A program made the position numbers and the translations under genes. Positions 29,864-40,763 of a DNA stretch of 64,000 nt are shown piece by piece (the stretch's first letter is position 1; each line of letters starts with the position of its first letter). The DNA comes from an uncultured delta proteobacterium (GTDB lineage: Bacteria; Desulfobacterota; Desulfuromonadia; Geobacterales; Geobacteraceae). The stretch covers positions 131,026 through 195,025 of the forward strand of contig CAVQWZ010000025.1 in NCBI GenBank assembly GCA_963717775.1, given 5' to 3'. The notes below the pieces were generated by a model. That model worked only from the letters and a program-made list of their open reading frames with translations. It ran no database searches and had not been told where the DNA came from.

Positions 29864-30136
29864 ATGCCAGACGAAGGAAAACCGCAAAGGCTTTGCAGCG
29901 AAATACAGCTTTTCGACTTATGCTCGGATGAAACTTGTTCGAATAAAAAAGGTCGCTACTGTATGGATGAGGTTCTGCTCAATAAATTCGAGGCTATCAG
30001 CATTGAGGAGGACTTTTCGTCCGACCAGTACCTGGATGATGAAGCCGAAGATGATGGGGAAGATAGCGAATGCTCCGGATCAGAAGAAGATGATGATTAT
30101 GTCGACGGTGATGAGGATTTTGAGGATGAGTTTTAG
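29864..30136 (+). CDS. hypothetical small protein, 4-Cys N-terminus and extremely acidic C-terminal tail
   Basis: 90 aa. CSEIQLFDLCSDETCSNKKGRYC followed by ...DDEAEDDGEDSECSGSEEDDDYVDGDEDFEDEF. Followed by a clean terminator. No family recognised. Confidence 0.5.
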   Translation: MPDEGKPQRLCSEIQLFDLCSDETCSNKKGRYCMDEVLLNKFEAISIEEDFSSDQYLDDEAEDDGEDSECSGSEEDDDYVDGDEDFEDEF

Positions 30137-30172
30137 CTTAGGGATATAATTCTGACCCACTTACAATAAAAC

Positions 30173-30205
30173 AAGAAGGCCACTTTCAGTAGAAGTGGCC
30201 TTCTT
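30173..30205 (+). terminator. rho-independent terminator
   Basis: 13-bp perfect stem AAGAAGGCCACTT/AAGTGGCCTTCTT with a 7-nt loop, followed by TTAT. Confidence 0.7.
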
Positions 30206-30343
30206 TTATGCCCTGAGCAATCAAAGAGGCATTCTTTGGATAGCGGAACGTGATGTCAGCTGTTATTTGTGGTGTCCCCTTGGTTAAGTAAAGTATCATG
30301 GAAAAGACTTGGGAAAAACATGAGATAGTGTTAACGTGTGCTC

Positions 30344-32753
30344 ATGTCGGAACGACCCCTTCTCATCCCGCTCTTTTCACTCATCGCCGGAATTTCTGCG
30401 GCAAACCAGTGGCAATTTTCTCTGCCGCTCTCCCTCCTTTTCTTTCTTTTTGCCACCTGCCTTCTTACCGTCTTCTTTGCCCGCCGATTTCTTTTCCTGA
30501 TGTGCCTTTCCCTCTGTTTCTTAATGGCTGGGGTGGGCGCCATGGCGCCCTTTCTCTCACCTCTTTTTCCTGCTGATTCGATTGTTCGTTTTGTCGGGGA
30601 AGAACCGCTTGTAATCGAAGGCATTATCGATGCCCGGCCGGAGTGGCAGGAAGCCGGCGGCAGGATATACCTGCGTGCGGTGCGAATCTTTCGGAATAAA
30701 ACCGAGGAGCAGGTCAGAGGCCGAATACTACTTTATGTGGGAGAGGGGCACGCTGCCTTAGCAACCGGTGATCTGATACGGTTTGTTTCCCGGATCAGCA
30801 GGCCGAGAAATTTTGGAATCCCGGGGGAATTTGACTACGAACGGTATCTGGCTTTTCAGAAGGTTTATGCCACGGCCTTTTCCCGAACCGCATCCGAGGT
30901 GATCCTCATCAGGGAAGGTGTCGCCGATCCTCTGCAAAATCAGATGGACCAGCTTGCCGCAGACTTGGGAAAGCAAATCGGGCTGCTCCTGCCCTCTGAT
31001 GAGGGGGCGGTGCTGCGGGCACTGTTGCTGGGAGAGTCAGGTCTCGTACCGAAGGATACCCGGGAACTGTATGCACGAACGGGAGTCAACCATATCCTCT
31101 GCATCTCCGGCTTCCATGTGGGCGTGATAGCGCTGTTTTTCTTTTCCATGATGTACTGCGCGGCACGCTGTTCACAACTACTGCTGCTTCGCATAAATCT
31201 CCGCCTGACGATTCTTGTCCTGACAATACCGGTTCTGCTCTTCTATCTCTCTCTGACAGGCGGCGCGCCGGCCACAGTGCGTTCGGTTGTCATGATTTCA
31301 GCGTATATCATCGCCATTCTCCTGCAGCGGGAGACTGATCCGATTAACTCGTTGATGTTGGCAGCCCTCCTTATCCTTGCCTGGTCACCTGTCGCGCTAT
31401 TCAATATCTCATTCCAGCTCTCATTCCTGGCCCTCTGGGGAATTCTTGTCACTGACTCCGCTGCTTATGCAGCCATTTCAGAGAATGCAGCCAGGGATAG
31501 TCCGAAAGCTCCTGTTGTTTCTGATGGTATCCGTTGCGGCCACTACTGCCACACTGCTTCCGGCAGCCAGTTATTTTCACAAGCCGACAGTGACCGGGTT
31601 GGTAGCAAATTTCTTTATTATACCTCTCATGGGCTACGGCGGGGTGGTGCTTGGCATATCGAGCCTTCCTTTCCTCCATGTCGTACCGTCACTTGCCGGG
31701 TTTCTCCTCATGGTCGCCGGTTTTTTTGTCTATCTGTCCGGTAAAATTCTCTCCTGCCTGGATTCCATTCCTCTTCTGCCGGTGTGGGGGAGCAGCCGTT
31801 TCGATCTGTTGTTGCTGGTCGCATTTCTCTCTGCCAGTACATTTTTTGTGCGAAAGACGCGGATTATTGTATGCTGTCTGGTGGTTGCTGCTTTCTGTCT
31901 GGTCAGGATGGTGCCTGGCGAAACAGCTTCCGGAAAGCTACGCCTGGATTTCTTCAGCGTTGGACAGGGTGAAGCCAGTCTGATCACCTTTCCCGATGGA
32001 AAAAGGATGCTGGTAGACGGCGGCGGCAGTTTTCGCGAAGGGGGGCTGGACCCGGGAGAGAGACTCCTGGCACCGGCATTCTGGCGCAGGGGCATCGATC
32101 GGCTGGACTACCTGGTGCTGACCCATCCCCATCCCGACCATCTGAATGGGCTGCTCTTCCTGGCCAGGAACTTTCCGGTTGGCGAGTTTTGGGAAAGTGG
32201 TATCCATGATGGGAGCAGCAACTACCTGGCCTTGAAAAAACTGTTACAGGAGAAGGGGGTTCCCATTCGGCGCATTGATGCAACGTCAAAGCCGATATCT
32301 CTTGGTGGGGTTATTTTTGAGACCCTTTCCCCTCGGAGACCTCCTGCAGTTGCAGGAACGGCAAGCAGTGGTAATCTGAACGAAGCATCCTTGGTGTTCC
32401 GCCTTCGGTACGGGGCACTCTCGGTCCTCTTTACCGGGGATATCGGCCAGAACACCGAAAAGCGGCTGGTAGAGGAATCTGCTGGACTGCATTGCACGGT
32501 TCTCAAGGTCCCTCACCACGGTAGCAGAATGTCTTCATCGGAGCTTTTTCTCGCAGCCAGTTCTCCAGAATGTGCCCTGGTCAGCGCGGGATATGGTAAT
32601 CGTTTTCGACTGCCGGCAACGGCAACTCTGGTGCGTTTGCGGCGACGGGGCATACCAATTTACCGCACTGATCTGGATGGAACAATAACCGTTACTCTCG
32701 AAGACGGTAGCTGGTCTGTCGCTACTTTCCGGAGAAATAGGCATTTTCATTGA
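30344..32753 (+). pseudogene. comEC: DNA internalization competence protein ComEC/Rec2 (with MBL domain) interrupted by a +1 frame break near 31437-31452
   Basis: ORF 30338-31744 carries the N-terminal and competence TM domains up to ...SFQLSFLALWG. ORF 31377-32753 continues (LTPLLMQPFQ..., further TMs, then metallo-beta-lactamase DFFSVGQGEASL...LVLTHPHPDHLNGL). Confidence 0.85.
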
Positions 32754-32845
32754 CAAACTTCCGATTTCTTTGATAGTTTGTGGGCCGATAGAAGCACCTT
32801 CTTCAGCGTTCACAAAGTTAAAAACCGGTGTTCGGGGTATCCTGA

Positions 32846-34231
32846 ATGGAAAAAATTCTAGTCGTTGAAGATGATCGATTTTTTCGCGAGATGTACTCCC
32901 ACCTCCTGAGTGGCGAAGGGTATGAGGTTCATACCGCGGCTTCGGTGAACGAGGCAATGGGACTATTACGGGAGACAGAGTATCCCCTGATCATCTCCGA
33001 TCTGGTCATGCCGGGAGAGACCGGGATTGATCTCCTCTTTCAGGTGAAACGGCATAATCCGGATATCGACGTTATCATGGTTACCGGTAATACCGATGTG
33101 GAATCGGCTATCCACGCCTTGAAAAACGGGGCACGGGATTACCTCCTGAAACCGGTTAACCCCGATGAGTTCAGGCATACCGTGGCCCTTTGCATGGAGC
33201 AGCGTCGTCTCCTGAACGAAAATACCGAGCTGAAAGGCCTTGTCCACCTGTTCCAAGTGGGCCAGACGATCTCGAACTGCCTCGAAATTGAACGTCTGGG
33301 GACCTTGGTTGTGGATTGCTTTGCCAATGAGCTGGGCACGGACAGGGCGCTGGGGATCTTTCCCGATGATGACGGCCGCTTGTCCCTGCGAGAGTTGCGT
33401 GGCATCGGATTTGAAGAAGCGGAGCTGATCTCTGAAACCCTCCTGGCCAGATACTCGGAAAGTACCGATACCTTCTGGCTCCGGGAAAAGATTTCGGATC
33501 TGCTCTTACCGGCTTCCGCTTCCACTACTCAGCTTTCGGAGGAAATGGATGAAGTACTGATCCTGTTCGTCCGTTCGAAGAAAGACCTCCAGGGGATAGT
33601 GGCACTGTTTGCTCCGGAGGTTGGCTCGCTACCGATTGACATCAATCAGAGAAGCCTCCACTTTCTTCAGAACCAGACGTCGCTTGCCTTCGAGAATGCT
33701 GGCCGCTTCGCCTCGGCGCGCAATATGCTCTACATTGACGAGCTCACCGGCCTGTTTAACTACCGCTATCTCGATCTGGCCCTTGACCGGGAACTGAAGA
33801 GGGCGGAACGTTACGGATCCAGTGTTGCGCTGCTCTTCATCGACCTGGATCTTTTCAAGGGAGTGAACGACACCCACGGACACCTCATCGGCAGCCGCGT
33901 TTTGGGCGAGGTCGGGTCGCTGCTGCGGAAGTCGGTGCGCGACGTGGACCTGGTGATTCGCTATGGCGGTGACGAGTATACCATCATCCTGGTTGAGACG
34001 GATGCGGAGAGCGCTGCCTACGTTGCGGAGCGTATCCGCGCTACCATCGAACGTCACGATTTCATTGCTGACGAGGGGTATGATATCCATTTGTCAGCCT
34101 GCATTGGGTTTGCCTGCTTTCCTGAGGATACCAAATCAAAGCTCGAACTGCTCGAAGTGGCGGACAAGGCCATGTATCGCGGTAAATTCAGTGGCCGGAA
34201 CAGAGTGTTCCGGGCGCTGATGGAAGAATAA
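32846..34231 (+). CDS. response regulator receiver - linker/GAF-like - GGDEF diguanylate cyclase
   Basis: REC (KILVVEDD...ISDLVMPG...K), then the GGDEF domain (LTGLFNYRYL, RYGGDEYTIIL). Confidence 0.88.
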   Translation: MEKILVVEDDRFFREMYSHLLSGEGYEVHTAASVNEAMGLLRETEYPLIISDLVMPGETGIDLLFQVKRHNPDIDVIMVTGNTDVESAIHALKNGARDYLLKPVNPDEFRHTVALCMEQRRLLNENTELKGLVHLFQVGQTISNCLEIERLGTLVVDCFANELGTDRALGIFPDDDGRLSLRELRGIGFEEAELISETLLARYSESTDTFWLREKISDLLLPASASTTQLSEEMDEVLILFVRSKKDLQGIVALFAPEVGSLPIDINQRSLHFLQNQTSLAFENAGRFASARNMLYIDELTGLFNYRYLDLALDRELKRAERYGSSVALLFIDLDLFKGVNDTHGHLIGSRVLGEVGSLLRKSVRDVDLVIRYGGDEYTIILVETDAESAAYVAERIRATIERHDFIADEGYDIHLSACIGFACFPEDTKSKLELLEVADKAMYRGKFSGRNRVFRALMEE

Positions 34232-34258
34232 CACTAGTAGAGAGAAGGGACAGGTATT

Positions 34259-35542
34259 GTGGCTTTAACCGGTATTAAAGGATTCAATGACATACTTCCC
34301 GGCGAGGTCCGGAAATGGCAGCACGTGGAAGCGACCGCCCGGCGTGTTTTCGAGACATACGGCTTCTCCGAGATTCGCGTTCCGGTTCTTGAAAAAACCG
34401 AACTTTTTGCCCGATCCATTGGTGATGCAACCGACATAGTGGAAAAGGAAATGTATTCTTTTGTCGACAAGGGGGATAATGCCATTACCCTTCGACCGGA
34501 AGGAACGGCCGGTGTTATCAGGGCTTTCATCGAACACAAGCTCCATGTGGCGGACTCGGTTGCCAAGCTGTACTATCTGGGCCCCATGTTCCGCTACGAG
34601 CGGCCCCAGAAAGGTCGCTACCGGCAATTTCACCAGATAGGGGTAGAGGTGGCTGGTGTCTCGGACCCGAAGGTCGATGCCCAGGTCCTGACCATGCTCT
34701 GCCATTTCTTTGCCGAGCTTGGCCTGGTCGAACCGCGGCTGCAGATAAATTCCCTCGGCTGTCACGAATGCCGACCGGAGTATCGTCAGAAGCTTCGCGA
34801 CTTTCTCCGGGCGCGTCTGGACTTGCTCTGTGATGACTGCAAGCGACGCTACGAAACCAACCCTCTTCGAGCCCTGGACTGCAAGTCGGCAGGCTGCAAG
34901 GAAGCTACCGTCGGTGCACCTTCGGTCCTTGATAACCTCTGTGCAGGTTGTGACGACCACTTTGCCCGGACCAGGAGCTATCTGGACTCGGCCGGCACCG
35001 CCTATGAAATTAACCCGCGCATGGTTCGCGGGCTTGACTATTACACCCGCACCACCTTCGAACTGGTAACAGCCCGGCTTGGCTCCCAGAGCGCGGTGGC
35101 GGCCGGCGGCCGCTACGACCGACTCATTGAGGAGCTTGGCGGTCCGGCGTCTCCGGGAATCGGCTTTGCCCTGGGCGTTGAAAGGGTTGTTCTCTTGCTT
35201 GATGATGAAGGCTTTGGTACGCGTCCGGATCTCTTTATTGCCTTTCACGGGGAGCCCGCGGGCAACGAGACCTTTCGCATCATGAGCTGGCTGCAGCGTC
35301 GTGGCGTCTCGGTGGAAATCGACTACGAGGGAAAAAGTCTGAAGAGCCAGATGCGGCGTGCGGACAAGTTCAAGGCTCGCTATACCCTGATCATCGGAGA
35401 GGATGAACTGACAAAGGGAGTCGCTGCTCTTAAGGAAATGGATACAGGAGTACAGTCCGAAGTCGCGCTTGACCCGGAACTGATTGCCAGGATTGTGCGT
35501 GGCGGGGTTGACGCAACGGCTGGTGGGGGGAATTACCTATGA
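34259..35542 (+). CDS. hisS: histidine--tRNA ligase
   Basis: 427 aa, GTG start. Class II motifs (YYLGPMFRYERPQKGRYRQFHQ, GGGRYD), HisRS-type anticodon-binding C-terminus. Confidence 0.96.
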   Translation: MALTGIKGFNDILPGEVRKWQHVEATARRVFETYGFSEIRVPVLEKTELFARSIGDATDIVEKEMYSFVDKGDNAITLRPEGTAGVIRAFIEHKLHVADSVAKLYYLGPMFRYERPQKGRYRQFHQIGVEVAGVSDPKVDAQVLTMLCHFFAELGLVEPRLQINSLGCHECRPEYRQKLRDFLRARLDLLCDDCKRRYETNPLRALDCKSAGCKEATVGAPSVLDNLCAGCDDHFARTRSYLDSAGTAYEINPRMVRGLDYYTRTTFELVTARLGSQSAVAAGGRYDRLIEELGGPASPGIGFALGVERVVLLLDDEGFGTRPDLFIAFHGEPAGNETFRIMSWLQRRGVSVEIDYEGKSLKSQMRRADKFKARYTLIIGEDELTKGVAALKEMDTGVQSEVALDPELIARIVRGGVDATAGGGNYL

Positions 35543-35916
35543 AGCCAGAGGTTCGATTTCGTTATGATATTCCCGAAGACTATGCTCCCGTGTATGTGAA
35601 CGGTGCCCATGGCGGGGTATCGCCGCGGGGTGAAATAATAATTCATTTTTATCATGAGCGCCCGCCGCTGCCCGTTTCTATTACCCATGAAATTACCCCG
35701 GCCGGAACCATCGGCAAGGAGATTGCCCAGGAACCGGACGAGCCGGGAAATACCTTGTGCCGGGCAGTGGATGCGGGAGTAATCCTTTCCTACGAAAACG
35801 CGAAGAATTTCCATCACTGGCTCGGCGAGAGGGTGAAGGAAATGGAGGCGCTGGAAAAGGCCCGAACAGCTTTTGTCCAAGGAGCCCATGAGGATGGGTT
35901 TGGCGTTACCCACTGA
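35539..35916 (+). CDS. conserved hypothetical protein (possibly DUF3467-like)
   Basis: 125 aa. ATGA overlap with the hisS stop suggests translational coupling. PEDYAPVYVNGAHGGVSPRGEIIIHFYHE loosely recalls DUF3467. Family call is uncertain. Confidence 0.55.
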   Translation: MKPEVRFRYDIPEDYAPVYVNGAHGGVSPRGEIIIHFYHERPPLPVSITHEITPAGTIGKEIAQEPDEPGNTLCRAVDAGVILSYENAKNFHHWLGERVKEMEALEKARTAFVQGAHEDGFGVTH

Positions 35917-36028
35917 TTCGAATTCTTCCCGGTTAAAAGGGGATTCTCAAGGCCGCTGCATCGTGGAGTTTTCTGATGCTGCGGCTTTTTGCTTTTTGGA
36001 AAAAATTCAGTTCAAGGAGTTGTGAGGT

Positions 36029-37564
36029 ATGGAATATCTTCTGCTCATCACCGGTTTTCTTCTTGGCGGGGGTGTTGTTTGGCTCCTGTTCAAATCCCGG
36101 CTAGAACTTGCCTTCAGTCGCGGCAAGGCTGAACTTCAGAGCGAAGTTGCAGCCCTGGCGGAACGTCTGCAGGGCAAGGAGGCGCAGATAGTCGACCTCA
36201 AGTCTTCCCTTGTCACGGCAACTGACGAGATTGCCGCCTTGCGTGTTACCGTGAAAACGGAGTCCGAGAGAAGGTCCACCGCGGAAGAGAAGAACACGCG
36301 CATTGTCGCGCTTGAAGAGGCGCTGAAGGGCCGTGAAGAAAAAATTACTGAAATGTATGGTGAGAATGCTTCCCTGAAGGCAAAAGTCTCGGAACTGGCC
36401 ACCCTTGTCCAGGAGGAGCGAAAGGGCAGCGAGGAGAAGCTGGCGGTGCTTGATGCTGCTCAAGCGAAGCTCTCTGATGCTTTCAAGGCTCTCTCCGCTG
36501 AGGCACTCCAGAGCAACAATCAATCGTTTCTAGAGCTGGCCCGGACTCACCTGGAAAAATTTCAGGAAGGGGCCAAGGGTGATCTTGAGCATCGGCAGCT
36601 CGCTATTGATGAGCTGGTAAAACCACTCCGCGAGTCCCTTGAAAAGGTCGACGGTAAAATCCAGGATCTGGAAAAGGTGCGGACGACGGCATACGTCAGC
36701 CTTACCGAACAGATCAAATACCTCGCTTCCGGCCAGTCGCAACTGCAGGAAGAGACTGCTAATCTGGTCAAGGCTCTTCGTTCCCCAACGGTGAGGGGGC
36801 GCTGGGGAGAAATCCAGCTCCGGCGCGTGGCCGAGATTGCCGGGATGGTGAACTACTGCGACTTTGTGGAACAGGAGACAAGCTCCGGGCCGGATGGCCG
36901 TCTGCGGCCCGACATGATCGTCAAACTGCCCAACGGTAAAAACGTAGTTGTGGACTCCAAGGCCCCGCTTGCTGCCTACCTGGAGGCTCTTGAAGCCCCG
37001 GACGAAAAGACGAAACTCCAGAAGTTGAAGGATCATGCCCGTCAGATCAGGGTCCACCTGGTCAAGCTGTCGGCAAAATCCTATTGGGATCAGTTCAAGG
37101 CGACTCCCGAGTTTGTTGTCCTTTTTCTGCCAGGGGAAAACTTCTTCAGCGCCGCCCTTGAGCAGGATCCCTCTCTTATTGAATTTGGTGTTGAGCAGAA
37201 GGTTATCCTCGCCACCCCCACGACCCTTATTGCCCTGCTCCGCGCAGTTGCCTATGGTTGGCGCCAGGAGCACATCGCCGAAAATGCGCAGGCCATCAGC
37301 GATCTGGGGAAAACCCTCTATGATCGCGTGTCAATTCTCGCTTCGCATTTCAGCGATCTCCGGCGCTCACTTGAGCGGTCCGTCGAATCCTACAATCGGG
37401 CGGTCGGTTCCCTGGAGAGTCGGGTGCTGGTTTCCGCCCGTCGTTTCAAGGAGCTTGGTGCCTCTACCGGCAAGGATATTGATACCCTTGAGGTAATCGA
37501 TACTCGTCCTCGGAACGTGGATGCCCCGGATTTCCTGCCGGACGATGATGAAACACTGGGGTAA
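36029..37564 (+). CDS. rmuC: DNA recombination protein RmuC
   Basis: 511 aa. N-terminal TM, long coiled-coil, then the RmuC nuclease-like domain (RGRWGEIQLRRVAE...DMIVKLPNGKNVVVDSKAPL). Confidence 0.9.
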   Translation: MEYLLLITGFLLGGGVVWLLFKSRLELAFSRGKAELQSEVAALAERLQGKEAQIVDLKSSLVTATDEIAALRVTVKTESERRSTAEEKNTRIVALEEALKGREEKITEMYGENASLKAKVSELATLVQEERKGSEEKLAVLDAAQAKLSDAFKALSAEALQSNNQSFLELARTHLEKFQEGAKGDLEHRQLAIDELVKPLRESLEKVDGKIQDLEKVRTTAYVSLTEQIKYLASGQSQLQEETANLVKALRSPTVRGRWGEIQLRRVAEIAGMVNYCDFVEQETSSGPDGRLRPDMIVKLPNGKNVVVDSKAPLAAYLEALEAPDEKTKLQKLKDHARQIRVHLVKLSAKSYWDQFKATPEFVVLFLPGENFFSAALEQDPSLIEFGVEQKVILATPTTLIALLRAVAYGWRQEHIAENAQAISDLGKTLYDRVSILASHFSDLRRSLERSVESYNRAVGSLESRVLVSARRFKELGASTGKDIDTLEVIDTRPRNVDAPDFLPDDDETLG

Positions 37565-37684
37565 GGGTGCGGGCTCATATTTTGCCATTGAAATATCTGA
37601 ATAAAACCCATAGTATCAATGATCTCCGTTCCACTTTTTCAGGATCGTTTGCTCTGTTGATACACGAACTTCGAGGGAGATTTT

Positions 37685-38296
37685 ATGACAATCAAGACGG
37701 TGGATGCCTGCGGGTTGCGATGCCCCCAGCCATTGATGCTGGCTAAGAAGGCACTGGAGACGATGGCCGAAGGTCAACGCCTCCGGGTGCTGATCGATAA
37801 CGAGATTTCCCGGGATAATCTGATTCGTTTCCTGCGGGACCACGGCATGGCGCCAGTTCTTTCCTTTGATGCGGGTGTCTATGCCCTGGAGCTGGAGAAG
37901 GTTGTCGGGGCAACTTCTCTTGCTGATGCCGCGGCCTATTGCTCGCCGGATAGGCCACCATCGGGTGCCGTGATCGTCATCAACAACCATGGCATGGGTT
38001 CCGGTTCGGAAGAGTTGGGGAAAATACTCCTGCAGGCATGCGTAAACACACTGGGAGAGGTATCTCCGTTGCCGTCGGCCATTTTGTGCTATAATTCCGG
38101 CATTTTCGTTGCAGCAGAAGGTGCTCCCACCGTTCCCGCGCTGGCGGATCTGGTTGATCGAGGCGTTACCCTGCTCGTTTGTGGTACCTGTGTTGACTAT
38201 TTCGATCTGAAAGGCAAGATCGCCGCCGGTACAATCTCCAACATGTATGACATCCTCCAGCAACTTTCGATCGCAGAGCGGATTATAACCCTGTAG
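37685..38296 (+). CDS. yedF: selenium metabolism protein YedF-type (TusA/SirA-like N-domain fused to DsrE-like domain)
   Basis: 203 aa. DACGLRCPQPLMLAKKAL TusA/SirA CPxP motif, then a DsrE-like half (VIVINNHGMGSGSEELG...LVCGTCVDYF). Adjacent to selD. Confidence 0.75.
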   Translation: MTIKTVDACGLRCPQPLMLAKKALETMAEGQRLRVLIDNEISRDNLIRFLRDHGMAPVLSFDAGVYALELEKVVGATSLADAAAYCSPDRPPSGAVIVINNHGMGSGSEELGKILLQACVNTLGEVSPLPSAILCYNSGIFVAAEGAPTVPALADLVDRGVTLLVCGTCVDYFDLKGKIAAGTISNMYDILQQLSIAERIITL

Positions 38297-38302
38297 GTGT
38301 TG

Positions 38303-39430
38303 ATGAAACGAAATAACTATTTTGATAATGCCGCCACGTCGTTCCCCAAACCGCCGGCAGTTGCCGCGGCAATGGCTCGTTACCTGAATGAGGTGGGAGG
38401 CTCCTATGGCCGCAGTGCCTACGCCCGAGCGTTCGACGTTGCCAGAACGGTGGAAAAGACCCGCGACCTCCTTGCTGAAAAAATGGGGGCCCGGGATGCG
38501 GCTCAGGTCATTTTTGCCCCCAATGCCACCTATGCCATCAATCTGGTGCTGCGGAGCGTCCTGCGCCTCGGTGGGCGGGTGCTGATCTCGCCGCTGGAGC
38601 ACAATGCCGTTACTCGCCCGCTCGCAGCATTCGCCTCCCAGTGCGGAGTGGTTTTTGATCTATTACCGCACCATCAGGACGGTCGTGTAGATTTGAACAG
38701 GATCAAGGAGAAGGTAACGTCTGATACGGTGCTGGCAATAATCAACCACCAGAGCAATGTTAACGGTGTGATTCAGCCGCTGGGAGAGATCAAGGAACGA
38801 CTCGGTAGTGTCCCGCTTCTGGTTGACGCCAGCCAATCATTTGGTTCTGTTCCGGTGCGTATTGATGACTGGAATATCGATTTTCTGGCCTTTACGGGCC
38901 ATAAAGCCCTTCTTGGCCCCACCGGCATCGGGGGACTCTACCTGCGGAATCCTGCTGAAGTGGAGCCGCTGGTGTACGGAGGTACCGGCAGCGCTTCCGA
39001 AAGTTTCGAGATGCCCGATTTCGTGCCGGATCGTTTTGAGGCCGGAACACCGAATATTGCCGGGATCTACGGTCTGCAAGCCGCGCTCGAAGAACAGCCG
39101 GCCAGCCGTCACACCCGAGAGGAGTATCATTGCTTCCTCGAAGAGCTGAAAGGACTGCCGTCCCTCAGGGTGCTGTGCGCGGAACGTTTCGAAGATCAGG
39201 GGGATGTCTTCTCGCTGTTTCAGCCCGGCTGCGATCCCGCAACCCTCGGTCGCACGCTGTTCGACACTTTCGGCATCGAGACGCGTGTCGGGCTCCATTG
39301 CGCGCCGCTGGCACATCGGACGCTCGGTACCTTTCCGAGTGGCACCGTGCGGATCGGGGTCTCTTCGTACCATTCAGCCGCTGATTTTTCCCATGTGACG
39401 GAAGCAGTAAGGAAAAGCATACAACCATGA
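38303..39430 (+). CDS. class V aminotransferase-fold cysteine desulfurase / selenocysteine lyase-like protein
   Basis: About 375 aa. [12 protein letters not shown] start, PLP-lysine context [17 protein letters not shown] and active-site loop [11 protein letters not shown]. Stop overlaps the selD start. Confidence 0.8.
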   Translation: MKRNNYFDNAATSFPKPPAVAAAMARYLNEVGGSYGRSAYARAFDVARTVEKTRDLLAEKMGARDAAQVIFAPNATYAINLVLRSVLRLGGRVLISPLEHNAVTRPLAAFASQCGVVFDLLPHHQDGRVDLNRIKEKVTSDTVLAIINHQSNVNGVIQPLGEIKERLGSVPLLVDASQSFGSVPVRIDDWNIDFLAFTGHKALLGPTGIGGLYLRNPAEVEPLVYGGTGSASESFEMPDFVPDRFEAGTPNIAGIYGLQAALEEQPASRHTREEYHCFLEELKGLPSLRVLCAERFEDQGDVFSLFQPGCDPATLGRTLFDTFGIETRVGLHCAPLAHRTLGTFPSGTVRIGVSSYHSAADFSHVTEAVRKSIQP

Positions 39431-40689
39431 ATATTTATCTGATCTTCACTTCAACACGCTCGGTCATCAAGGCCGAGGAGTGTCTTCGTTCGCATAATGT
39501 TGACTGCCAGGTGATTCCGGTTCCGAAAGACATCTCCCCCGAATGCGGCATGGCCCTCTCCATTGCAACCGAAATCAGTGCGCGTGCCGAGTCGCTTCTG
39601 GCTGAGCTCGGCCTGGAGGTGCTGGTTCACGAGCCGGCCGGAAGAAGAGCCATTCTTTTCGACCTTCTTACCACTGTCGAACAGGGTGGCTGTTCCGCGA
39701 AGCTCCCACCGGATGTCCTCTTTGACGCCCTTGGCCGATTGTCGGTGCCCAGCGACCCAAATCTGCTGGTGGGAATCGGAACCGGGGATGATGCCGGCGT
39801 CTATCGTCTTACCGATGAGATCGCCCTGATCGAGACAACGGACTTTTTCCCTCCGGTCTGCTCGGATCCCTTTGATTTTGGACAGATCGCGGCTGCAAAT
39901 GCACTCAGCGACGTCTATGCCATGGGCGGAAAGGTGCTCACTGCCATGAACCTCGTCATGTTCCCTGCCAGCGGAATCCCTTTCGAGGTGCTGCACGAAA
40001 TTGTCCGCGGCGGTCATGAAAAAGTCCTTGAAGCCGGTGGAATCCTGGTGGGAGGCCACACCATAGCGGATTATCCCCCGAAGTACGGTCTGTCGGTGTC
40101 AGGGGTTGTGCATCCCGAGCGTCTGATCAATAATTCCAATGCCGAACCCGACCAGATTCTTATTCTGACCAAACCGCTCGGAACAGGAGCCCTGGTGGCC
40201 GGTCAGCGTCTTGGGCAGGCGTCCGCCGCCGATTATCAGCGGGCCCTTGATTCCATGAAGCAGCTCAACCGGGAAGCCGCTGAAATCATGCAGCAGTTTC
40301 ATGTCCGTGCTGCAACCGATATCACCGGCTTCGGCCTGCTCGGGCATGCCCTCAATGTTGCCAAGGCCAGCGGTGTTGCCATGGAAATCGACTCGGCACA
40401 GATCCCCGTATTGCCGGGTGCCCTGGAGTTGCTGGACGTGGGCTGCATCCCCGGTGCCAGTTTCCGTAACCTCAGCCATGTGGAAGCGTCCGCCGACTTT
40501 GCTCCCGACCTTTCCTATTCCCGCAAGATGCTAACTCTCGACCCCCAGACCTCCGGAGGTATCCTCATGTGCGCGCCTGCGGATCAGGCAGAGGCAATTC
40601 TTGCCGAGCTTCACAGGCGCGGTTGCCCTGCTTCGGCCATTATCGGCCGGACGAGCAGGCTTGGACGGAAGCACCTTGTTGTTCTGTAA
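39427..40689 (+). CDS. selD: selenide, water dikinase (Cys-type) with N-terminal DUF3343-like extension
   Basis: 420 aa. Residues 1 to about 70 ([18 protein letters not shown]...[18 protein letters not shown]) look like DUF3343. Then SelD: GGCSAKLPP (Cys/Lys active-site loop), GTGDDAGV and AIR-synthase-like domains. Confidence 0.88.
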   Translation: MNIYLIFTSTRSVIKAEECLRSHNVDCQVIPVPKDISPECGMALSIATEISARAESLLAELGLEVLVHEPAGRRAILFDLLTTVEQGGCSAKLPPDVLFDALGRLSVPSDPNLLVGIGTGDDAGVYRLTDEIALIETTDFFPPVCSDPFDFGQIAAANALSDVYAMGGKVLTAMNLVMFPASGIPFEVLHEIVRGGHEKVLEAGGILVGGHTIADYPPKYGLSVSGVVHPERLINNSNAEPDQILILTKPLGTGALVAGQRLGQASAADYQRALDSMKQLNREAAEIMQQFHVRAATDITGFGLLGHALNVAKASGVAMEIDSAQIPVLPGALELLDVGCIPGASFRNLSHVEASADFAPDLSYSRKMLTLDPQTSGGILMCAPADQAEAILAELHRRGCPASAIIGRTSRLGRKHLVVL

Positions 40690-40763
40690 GAGCGATGTAA
40701 TTCTCCCCGTCGCTCGAATCTCCGTCATTGTTTTTTTCGGGCGGAATGTTCTACAATAACCAA

